A stretch of DNA of 27,892 nt from a virus (lineage: Duplodnaviria > Caudoviricetes), in the IMG/VR virus record IMGVR_UViG_3300017707_001164, positions 1 to 27,892 of that record. One strand, 5' to 3'. Made by a program: the position numbers and the translations under genes. The notes under the pieces were generated by a model. It made no database searches and was not told the DNA's origin. It was given only the letters and a program-made list of their open reading frames with translations. The first letter of the stretch is position 1. The number at the start of each line of letters is the position of its first letter. Of this stretch, positions 9,936 to 17,233 are shown one piece after another.

Positions 9936-10249
9936 TGAAAAACAAACTATATCAATACTGCAAAATACAAGACAAAGTAGTCCCAATAGAAGAAGTTAAA
10001 CGATTAAGGTATGCTAGGGACTTATTTATTCAAGATGAAATGGAGCCTACTCGCAATCCATTAAATCCTAAAGAAATCTATACCAGTAAATCAAGGCTTA
10101 GGGCGGCATATAAGGCTGCCGGAGCTATTGAAGTTGGCGATGCTTACGATAGGGGGTACATCCCAGATCAAGAATCTGGCGCATCCACTCGCAGGCTAGC
10201 CAAACAATTAACCGACAAAATAATAGATAGGTATAGACATGGACGATAA
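9935..10249 (+). CDS. Phage hypothetical protein upstream of scaffold
   Basis: 104 aa. The motif YTSKSRLRAAYKAAGAIEVG resembles small proteins I recall next to scaffold genes in this podovirus type (unverified). Confidence 0.65.
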   Translation: MKNKLYQYCKIQDKVVPIEEVKRLRYARDLFIQDEMEPTRNPLNPKEIYTSKSRLRAAYKAAGAIEVGDAYDRGYIPDQESGASTRRLAKQLTDKIIDRYRHGR

Positions 10250-11267
10250 AGAAATATCAACCCCAGCGGACACACAAGTAACCGTAAGCCGTGAACCCGC
10301 CAACCTTTCAATAGGAGACTCTTTACGACAGCAATTCAAAAATGTTGCCGATGAGAATAGCAGTGATAACACCACTGATAAGACAACAGAGCCTGCCAAG
10401 AGCGAGACCGTAGCGGTTGAAAAAGTAGAGCCACCAACTCCTCTTGCTCCTCCTGCTGATATGAATGCTGCGGAAAAAGAGGCGTTTCTGAATCCAACTG
10501 CGGCTAATGCTCATATTTTGCAATCCTATTTAAACCGTAGAGCTTATGAAACACGGTCTGATTATTCTCGCAAAATGCAAGAAGTTGAGCAACTAAAAAA
10601 ACATACTTCTGGCCTGTACGAGACTATTAAGCAATATGAAGATGAATACGCTAGAGAGGGTTTGTCAATAAATGACGTTACTAAGCAGGCTATCGCTTGG
10701 GATAGGGCCATGCAAAAAGACCCTATTAGTAGCGCTATAGACTGGCTTGATGCGTATGGATTAACAGTAAATGACCTTCTTCAAAAGCAGCAAGCACAAC
10801 CACAGCAAACTCCTCAATACTTAACTAGAGAAGAGGCAGAGCGCATTGCAGAGGAGCGTTACCAGAAAATACAGTCAGAGCAACAAAAAAAGGCTGTTGA
10901 TTATTATAACCAACAGGTTGTAACATCATTTATGAATAACAAGCCGTTATTCAGGGATCCAGAAACAGCGTCTCAATTAGAAGCTGAAATGGCTCCAGTA
11001 GTTCAGGCTTTAAATGCTACAGGGCGGTATTCCTCCCCTGAGCAAGTACTAGAGACTGCATATAACTACGTTGTTAACGGCAATCCGACTTTCTCCGGTC
11101 TCGTTCAAAGAATGACCGCAAAGCCGGTAATCGAACAGCAGCAGGCCGTGGTTCAAAAGGCTAAACAAGCTGCCAAATCAATATCTGGCTCCGCCGGTAG
11201 CGGGACTCCCAGGCTTAACTCCAAATCAATAGGGGATAACCTGCGGCGTCGTTTTCACGGCGAATAA
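10239..11267 (+). CDS. Capsid scaffolding protein
   Basis: 342 aa with acidic disordered N-terminus, helical Q/E-rich core and basic C-terminus (AKQAAKSISGSAGSG...). Immediately upstream of the major capsid gene. Confidence 0.82.
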   Translation: MDDKEISTPADTQVTVSREPANLSIGDSLRQQFKNVADENSSDNTTDKTTEPAKSETVAVEKVEPPTPLAPPADMNAAEKEAFLNPTAANAHILQSYLNRRAYETRSDYSRKMQEVEQLKKHTSGLYETIKQYEDEYAREGLSINDVTKQAIAWDRAMQKDPISSAIDWLDAYGLTVNDLLQKQQAQPQQTPQYLTREEAERIAEERYQKIQSEQQKKAVDYYNQQVVTSFMNNKPLFRDPETASQLEAEMAPVVQALNATGRYSSPEQVLETAYNYVVNGNPTFSGLVQRMTAKPVIEQQQAVVQKAKQAAKSISGSAGSGTPRLNSKSIGDNLRRRFHGE

Positions 11268-11301
11268 TGCTAACGGGTTATCCTAATTTATAAAGGGTAA
11301 C
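11234..11301 (+). promoter_or_regulatory. Alternative RNA pairings around the major capsid ribosome-binding site
   Basis: GGTTATCC (11276-83) is the exact reverse complement of GGATAACC (11234-41). GTTATCCT (11277-84) can also pair with the SD-containing AGGGTAAC (11294-301) with one G-U pair. Confidence 0.4.
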
Positions 11302-11304
11302 ACA

Positions 11305-12261
11305 ATGGCAAATTTAGAAGAGTCAATCGTTGCAACCCTTTGGGATCAGTCGGATGAAATTGCTGATGTTGTGCTTCATCACAACCCAGTAACTTCTACT
11401 CTTGAGTCCAAGGGTCGCATTAAGAAAATCGGTGGTGGCGATGAGCTGCGTAAGCCTGTTATGTACAATGACGTGGCAGTAGGCGGTTTCTATCAGGGCT
11501 ACCAATCACTAGACCTAGCATCCATAGATGACCTAACTGCATTTCGCTTTAAGATTAAGCAGGCTTACGAGCCAGTAGCTATGAGCGGACGCGAAAAGCG
11601 CGCCAACAGAGATGAGCAAGCTCTTCTCGACTTGGCAGAGGCTAAGATGGAAGCTGCAATCGAGCGCCTAAAGAACACAGTATCAACCTCCCTTCGTGGT
11701 GATGGTACTGGCTTTGGTGGAATGGAGTTTGACGGCATCAAGAAGGCCGTATCGACCTCCCCTTCTTCCGGCACTTATGGTGGAATTGATAGGACTAGTA
11801 ACAGTTTCGCTAGAAACTACGCACTAAACCTAACCCTCACAGCAGCAAATGTTCAGGAGACCATAACTGATGTCATCAGCCGCCTAACCCGTGGCTCTGA
11901 GGCACCAGACCTTGGCCTTATGGACCGCACTGCATGGAAGCTCCTCCATAGCTCAATGACCGCAATTCAGCGTATTCAGCTTCCTACTAAGAAGGCTGAG
12001 GCTGGATTCCGTGTTCTTAGCTATGACGGGTGCGACTTTGTGTTTGACGGAGGGTTTAACTCTTCAGTTCTAGAGACTAACTCATGCCGATTGCTCAATA
12101 CTAAGTATTGGACTTTTGACATGGTTCGTGGAGCTGATTTCAAACCATTAGCACCAACTATGGATCGTCCAGTGGATCAGGATGCTTTCTTCACCATAAT
12201 CTTGGTTGAAGGAAACCTATGCTGCTCTGCTCCGGCTCTCCAGGGTGTAATTTACGCTTAA
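11305..12261 (+). CDS. Major capsid protein (HK97 fold presumed)
   Basis: 318 aa directly after the scaffold. Pattern IVATL...IADVVLHHN...GGDELRKPVMY...GDGTG...TYGGIDR...QGV matches a common podovirus capsid family from recall. Confidence 0.9.
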   Translation: MANLEESIVATLWDQSDEIADVVLHHNPVTSTLESKGRIKKIGGGDELRKPVMYNDVAVGGFYQGYQSLDLASIDDLTAFRFKIKQAYEPVAMSGREKRANRDEQALLDLAEAKMEAAIERLKNTVSTSLRGDGTGFGGMEFDGIKKAVSTSPSSGTYGGIDRTSNSFARNYALNLTLTAANVQETITDVISRLTRGSEAPDLGLMDRTAWKLLHSSMTAIQRIQLPTKKAEAGFRVLSYDGCDFVFDGGFNSSVLETNSCRLLNTKYWTFDMVRGADFKPLAPTMDRPVDQDAFFTIILVEGNLCCSAPALQGVIYA

Positions 12262-12276
12262 TAGGAGGATTGGAAT

Positions 12277-12783
12277 ATGTCACAGGTAGGATCATTTGGT
12301 GTTAATTATAAGAAGGCATTCCAGGGCTTAGATGCTTATGGTTTCCCTGGCTCGCTTCCTGCGACCGTTGGAACTGTAGGGTCTCTCCCAGAGGGTGACT
12401 TTGTATTTGTCCAGGCTGATGGAGCTATTGACCAGTATGGTTTCGTTAAAATCGAAGCTGATGGTCAGGCTGCTATGCTAACAACTACAAACGCTGGATC
12501 CAATGCTCTCGCGGTTGGTGTAGCTCAAGTAGCTGCTCTAGACAATGAGTATCTTTGGGTATGGATTGGCGGACCTATGGGCGGTGGCGTAGGTAAGGGC
12601 ATTAGAGGTAAGGTAGCTGCTGGCTTTGTTGCTAAGGCTAACCTTAACACAACTTCGTCAGGTACTCCTGGTGTAGCCGATGATGCTTCAACTACGCTGA
12701 TTAAGGGTGGTGTTGGACTAGCTTCAACTACCCCTGCCGCAGCCGTAGAGCTTGGCTCTGTAGATCACCTAAGGGTGAACTAA
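12277..12783 (+). CDS. Capsid decoration/cement-like protein
   Basis: 168 aa, G/A-rich, strong SD AGGAGG, directly after capsid. Motifs FVFVQA, VGVAQVA and YLWVWIGG. Confidence 0.65.
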   Translation: MSQVGSFGVNYKKAFQGLDAYGFPGSLPATVGTVGSLPEGDFVFVQADGAIDQYGFVKIEADGQAAMLTTTNAGSNALAVGVAQVAALDNEYLWVWIGGPMGGGVGKGIRGKVAAGFVAKANLNTTSSGTPGVADDASTTLIKGGVGLASTTPAAAVELGSVDHLRVN

Positions 12784-12789
12784 TTAACT

Positions 12790-12820
12790 GGAGGGGGTAG
12801 CAATACCCCCTCCTAATTTT
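12790..12820 (+). terminator. Intrinsic terminator-like hairpin with GCAA tetraloop
   Basis: Perfect 10-bp stem GGAGGGGGTA-GCAA-TACCCCCTCC followed by TAATTTT (interrupted U-tract). Confidence 0.8.
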
Positions 12821-12830
12821 GTGAGGGTTT

Positions 12831-13136
12831 ATGCCAACAGTTACTAATCTTATTGGACTTGGTATGCCACCCGAGCATGCAGTGCAGATATGCGACGGGG
12901 TACAACCTGCCGTAGTAGATGCTACAGCTGCTGGTGTTCGTACCAAGATGGCCATAAATAACGTAAACGACACTACCCCAACCGCAGCAGAGCTAACCAC
13001 CTCTTTTGGTGCGCCAGCTACTGTAGGCACTGGGTTTGTAGGTATAGTTAAGGATAACGATGCTGATACTAACTGCTTTGTAGTAGTATCAAACGGGACC
13101 TCTTACTTTTACCTAAAGTTTACTAAGGCTACTTAG
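12831..13136 (+). CDS. Small putative head accessory/fibre protein
   Basis: 101 aa with SD-like GAGG. C-terminal beta-meander (FVGIVKD...CFVVVSNGTSYFY). Located in the head module. Confidence 0.6.
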   Translation: MPTVTNLIGLGMPPEHAVQICDGVQPAVVDATAAGVRTKMAINNVNDTTPTAAELTTSFGAPATVGTGFVGIVKDNDADTNCFVVVSNGTSYFYLKFTKAT

Positions 13137-13145
13137 TCTTTTAAA

Positions 13146-13171
13146 AGGGGGGAGCAATCCCCCCTATTTTT
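13146..13171 (+). terminator. Intrinsic terminator-like hairpin with GCAA tetraloop
   Basis: Perfect 8-bp stem AGGGGGGA-GCAA-TCCCCCCT followed by ATTTTT. Confidence 0.8.
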
Positions 13172-13182
13172 ATAGGTGATTT

Positions 13183-13500
13183 ATGACCTGTTACGCTGGA
13201 AAAGCAGTTACAACTACCCCTACTATTCAAACAGCAACTAGCACTACTATTCTAGCTGCTAATCCATTCCGCAAGTTTTTACTTATTCAAAACGCATCCG
13301 CAGCGCATGTTGGTATTGGTTTAGACGGTCAAACTTTAACTGGAATTGCACCAACTTCCACTAATATATGCGTAAACCTTACCAACAACGATAATGGTAA
13401 TAGGCTTATCTTTAACAATGGATTTGTACCAAGTGGAGCCATTACAGCCTACCAGACCTCTGGTGCGCCGATTAATACAGTGGTCGTCGTTGAAGGCTAG
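13183..13500 (+). CDS. Small beta-sandwich putative virion protein
   Basis: 105 aa with SD AGGTG. Motif ILAANPFRKFLLIQN...VGIGL is typical of small all-beta phage head-associated proteins. Confidence 0.6.
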   Translation: MTCYAGKAVTTTPTIQTATSTTILAANPFRKFLLIQNASAAHVGIGLDGQTLTGIAPTSTNICVNLTNNDNGNRLIFNNGFVPSGAITAYQTSGAPINTVVVVEG

Positions 13501-13503
13501 TGT

Positions 13504-13549
13504 TATAACTTAAGTAGGCAATAAAGCCTATTTACGGAGACAAGTTATG
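13504..13549 (+). promoter_or_regulatory. Bulged hairpin enclosing SD and start codon of 13547..14227; overlaps an extended -10-like TGTTATAAC
   Basis: Inner stem TAAGTAGGC/GCCTATTTA (13511-19/13526-34). Outer stem TATAACT/AGTTATG (13504-10/13543-49) includes the ATG. SD GGAG sits in the bulge. Confidence 0.4.
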
Positions 13550-14227
13550 CCACAAGTAGATTGGAGTGAGATAATGGCAAGGGGCCAGCAGAAGAAAAGA
13601 TACGCTGGCTTAAATGTGCAATTCTTTAATGCTTATAACGAAAATGAGGAGAAATCCCTAAAAGAGGGTCGTCCAATATTTGATGAGATACCCTCAATAA
13701 GCATTCAGATACCAGGTGGAGATACTACGGTTAGACGTATAGAGCCGCAGGATATTCAAGATTACCCAGAGAAGTATGCAGCTTTTAAGGCAGGTTCAGA
13801 GCCTGTAACAGACGGCACACCTCTTTCAGAATGGCCTATGATGCCTGGCTCAGCTATGCGTGAGTTTCAGTACCTTGGCTTTAAGACTGTAGAGCAGGTG
13901 GCTAATGCTTCAGATGAGGCTCGCAGAAAGCTAGGCACGTTAAGCAAATTTATCAAAATGGCTAAGGAGTATTTAGACGCTGCTAATTCAGACCAGAATA
14001 ACGTAGCTAAACTCCGTGTTCAGTTAGATAATTACAAGGAAAAATACGCTAAGCTTGAGGAAAGAGTAGAGCTTTTAATGCAGCGTATTGAAGCCAATGA
14101 AGGCACCGATCTTCGTTCAGAACGGAAATTAACCGCTATTGATGAAGAGGAGGTGATCCAAGACGATCTAGACGAGGATGAGGTGGTAGCACGTCCTAGA
14201 CTAAGGGGGAGACCTAAAAGAGTATGA
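13547..14227 (+). CDS. Phage hypothetical protein (HhH-like segment, coiled coil, acidic tract, C-terminal RGRP)
   Basis: 226 aa. TPLSEWP...LGFKTVEQVANASD segment, heptad region, EEEVIQDDLDEDE, ends RPRLRGRPKRV. Confidence 0.65.
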   Translation: MPQVDWSEIMARGQQKKRYAGLNVQFFNAYNENEEKSLKEGRPIFDEIPSISIQIPGGDTTVRRIEPQDIQDYPEKYAAFKAGSEPVTDGTPLSEWPMMPGSAMREFQYLGFKTVEQVANASDEARRKLGTLSKFIKMAKEYLDAANSDQNNVAKLRVQLDNYKEKYAKLEERVELLMQRIEANEGTDLRSERKLTAIDEEEVIQDDLDEDEVVARPRLRGRPKRV

Positions 14228-15087
14228 CAATAGCCTCGATGATCCGAAATGTTGCTAATGAAGCTGGCTATAGTGTGGAGTCAAATATATTGACATCTAC
14301 AGAAACTACAACCAAGCAACTATTAGCAATAGCTCAACGGATAAATCGAGACATCTTTGAAGCCTACCCCTGGCCTAAATGTTTTGCTGCGGGGTCGATT
14401 ACGCTGGTAGCGGGTCAGGCAACTTATCCGCTGCCAGCTGCTTTTTCTCAGTATCAATATGATACCTTTTGGAATCAAAGCACCAGATGGCGAGTCCTTG
14501 GACCAATGTCAGAGCAGGACTTTGCAGAGATTAGGGGCTACGGCGTACTGCCTAGAGTATATCAGCGGTTTCAAATAAGAGGATTAACCAACCAGGAATT
14601 GTTTATAAGCCCTACCCCTGATGCTGGGACTAATGGGCAAATAATTATTTTTGAGTATATTGCAGACCGCTCAGTAGTCCCTAAAACATGGACTACGTCT
14701 ACAATCTTTGCCGCTAATACTTACTGTATTTACAACGGTAATTATTATCAGACTACAGCAGGCGGGACTACAGGCGCTACTCCTCCTACTCATACGACAG
14801 GTAGCGTATCTGATGGCGGTGTAACTTGGACTTATTACGATGGAGCTTACAGCGAATTTAGAGCTGATACTGATACAAGCATATTCCAAGAGAAGCTAGT
14901 AGAGCAGGGAATATTAGAGCGGTTTGCTCAAATACACGGACTAGAAGGTGTACGGCCACAGTTTGATACACAACTACACGAAGAGTTTGGGCGCACCAAG
15001 GGCGGCAAAGTATTGTTTGCTGGAGGTATTACACGGCCTACTCAGTTTGGGCGCAACGGTACAGTTACTTTTGGAGGATGGATTTAA
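14224..15087 (+). CDS. Head-tail adaptor / tail tubular protein A-like, with inserted carbohydrate-binding-like module
   Basis: 287 aa. N-terminal helices, YPW, ITLVAGQATYPLPAAF, LFISPTPD, IIFEY and a closing helix are typical of podovirus adaptors. Insert at 14689-14838. Confidence 0.75.
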   Translation: MTIASMIRNVANEAGYSVESNILTSTETTTKQLLAIAQRINRDIFEAYPWPKCFAAGSITLVAGQATYPLPAAFSQYQYDTFWNQSTRWRVLGPMSEQDFAEIRGYGVLPRVYQRFQIRGLTNQELFISPTPDAGTNGQIIIFEYIADRSVVPKTWTTSTIFAANTYCIYNGNYYQTTAGGTTGATPPTHTTGSVSDGGVTWTYYDGAYSEFRADTDTSIFQEKLVEQGILERFAQIHGLEGVRPQFDTQLHEEFGRTKGGKVLFAGGITRPTQFGRNGTVTFGGWI

Positions 15088-16637
15088 TGCAACCTAACTC
15101 ACAAAACTTTCACCCTCAAGCGCCAGAGTTTGCAAGAAGTAGGCCAGATGCTTATTACGCTTGGTTGACAAGCAATGGCTTCCCCCCGCAGGTAGCATAC
15201 GACCAAACCACCTCTATTTTTGGAAAGCCTAAATCACCAGAAGAACAAGCAGCAGACGCAGCCAAACAAAAGCAACAAGCGGGATTTGCTCAGGCTGGAG
15301 GGTTAATAGCTGGTACTCTTGCTAGTAAATATGTAATGAGCAATGCAGGTAAATGGATTGATAAATTAACTGGCGCTGAAGCTCCAAAAGAAGTGGCTGC
15401 TCAATTAGGCGCTTCGCAAATAAATGCTACCCCAGCAACTCAAACATCTTGGAATGCTGGTGCAGATACTGCTTCAGCTGCTACACCACAGGTGATTAAA
15501 TCCGATGGCGGGATGTCTACGGTGCAAACACCAGGAGGACCGCAACAGGTCCCAACAGAGTCACTTAATGACCCTGGATTTTGGAGCAATGTAAATTGGG
15601 GGCAAGTAGTTCAAGGCGGCCTTTCGCTTGCTCAAATGTACGGAGCTTATCAATCGTACAAATCAGGTGATAAGGCTGGTGCTGCTATTGGTGGACTTGC
15701 TGGAGCTGGCAATCTTGCAGCATCAACTGGTGCAGTAGCAACAGGCACAGCAGCCGGAACTACAGGAGCTTATGTTATTCCAGGATTAAATATTGTTGCT
15801 GGTGCTTATCAAGGGTATCAAACTGCTGAAGCATTAGGCGATATGGCAGCAGGAGCAAAGCGCACAAGAACAGGCGTGGTTGGTGGCGCTACTTCTGGAG
15901 CTGCTACTGGCGCAGGAATTGGGGCTTTTTTAGGACCAAAAGGGGCTGCAATTGGAGCAGTAATAGGAGCGCTTGTAGGTGGAACTGCTGGAGCTATTGG
16001 CTCTATTACTGGAAGCTCAAAAGGCAAAGGGCAAATGCAGCGTGATGCGGTGCGAGGAATATTGCAAGAACAAGGAATTCTTGATGAAAACTTTCAGGGT
16101 ACATTAGCTGATGGGAGTAAAGCAGATTTTAGTCAGGATGGTAGCAAGATAAACACTAAGTTTATGAATAAGCTAGCATCTGAAAATCCAACAGCTTTTA
16201 ATCAAACACAAGAGTTAGGCGATGCGCTAACTGCGGGCTATGGTTTTGTTGGTGATAAAGCTCGCTCATTAGGCAGGCTTTACGTTAAAGGAGCGCTTTC
16301 AAATGCTAAAGATGACCCAAGCACAGCGCTTGCCAATATGCAGCACTTTGCCAAGCAGCAGGGTATAACTTACGATTTAATCAAAGGAAAGTTAGACGAA
16401 GCTTTGCAGGACAACAGAATCAATCAGGGCGAATACGGAAGGTTAATAGGTTCAGCACAAACCTTAACAGGAGGAGGAGCTCCTACTGCTCCAGCTATAG
16501 TTCCTAGAGCCGCTAAGGGAGAAGTTGCAAGACAGTCAGCAGGTTTATATAGAGACGATAAAGGTAAATTAGTGCGTGGCACTTCTATGAGAGAAGCGCT
16601 AGAACGAGCTTACAAACAACCATCTAAATCAAAGTAA
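15078..16637 (+). CDS. Putative ejection / internal virion protein with glycine-zipper membrane segments
   Basis: 519 aa, A/G/Q-rich, with long GxxxG runs (GGATSGAATGAGIGAFLGPKGAAIGAVIGALVGGTAGAIG). Confidence 0.6.
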   Translation: MDLMQPNSQNFHPQAPEFARSRPDAYYAWLTSNGFPPQVAYDQTTSIFGKPKSPEEQAADAAKQKQQAGFAQAGGLIAGTLASKYVMSNAGKWIDKLTGAEAPKEVAAQLGASQINATPATQTSWNAGADTASAATPQVIKSDGGMSTVQTPGGPQQVPTESLNDPGFWSNVNWGQVVQGGLSLAQMYGAYQSYKSGDKAGAAIGGLAGAGNLAASTGAVATGTAAGTTGAYVIPGLNIVAGAYQGYQTAEALGDMAAGAKRTRTGVVGGATSGAATGAGIGAFLGPKGAAIGAVIGALVGGTAGAIGSITGSSKGKGQMQRDAVRGILQEQGILDENFQGTLADGSKADFSQDGSKINTKFMNKLASENPTAFNQTQELGDALTAGYGFVGDKARSLGRLYVKGALSNAKDDPSTALANMQHFAKQQGITYDLIKGKLDEALQDNRINQGEYGRLIGSAQTLTGGGAPTAPAIVPRAAKGEVARQSAGLYRDDKGKLVRGTSMREALERAYKQPSKSK

Positions 16638-16639
16638 TT

Positions 16640-17230
16640 ATGCCAAATAGAAAATCTGCTTTAACTAGAGGCCCTAAGGTTACAACTCAGCCAGTTACTA
16701 CAGGTAACGAACAAACTATGGGTAAAATAAGTCCTGACAGGGTAGCTATGGAAAGGCTATCCCCTGGCGTATATCGCAGCGCTAGTGGTGGACTTGTTTC
16801 TGGGCAGGGCAGGCCAATACAACGGCAACCACAGGCGCCTATGCAACAACCTCCAGGCATGGCTTTGCAAGTACCAGCCGAAGAAGCCAGGCAAGCAATA
16901 GAGTTAATAGGTCGAGGAGGACAAGGAGGCTTCAATAATGTTGATGATATGGTAAACAGATATCCGCCTGGATCAATGGAATCACCAATACGGTTTACCC
17001 CTGGTTTTGGTCCTGGGCAACCAAATATGCCAATGGATAAGATGTATCGTGAATTTCCAATGTATCAATGGAATGGCATGCCTCAGATGCCACAGCCATC
17101 AGCTAACATGGGCGGGCAGTACCGTTTAAGTCCTGGGATGTACGGTAGTAGAGAACAGGCCATGCAGCAATACAACGATCAGTTGCGGCAAAGGGAATTA
17201 AGCGCTGTTCCACAATACAATAAAAGGTAA
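16640..17230 (+). CDS. Low-complexity Q/P/M/G-rich putative internal virion protein
   Basis: 196 aa, coupled start (TAA-TT-ATG), repeated RLSPG motif. Confidence 0.55.
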   Translation: MPNRKSALTRGPKVTTQPVTTGNEQTMGKISPDRVAMERLSPGVYRSASGGLVSGQGRPIQRQPQAPMQQPPGMALQVPAEEARQAIELIGRGGQGGFNNVDDMVNRYPPGSMESPIRFTPGFGPGQPNMPMDKMYREFPMYQWNGMPQMPQPSANMGGQYRLSPGMYGSREQAMQQYNDQLRQRELSAVPQYNKR

Positions 17231-17233
17231 CTA

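Noticed and set aside
12200-12280. Programmed frameshift or read-through extending the major capsid (T7 10B-like)
   Set aside because: No slippery heptamer near the end, tandem stops TAA TAG, and the next gene has its own strong SD.
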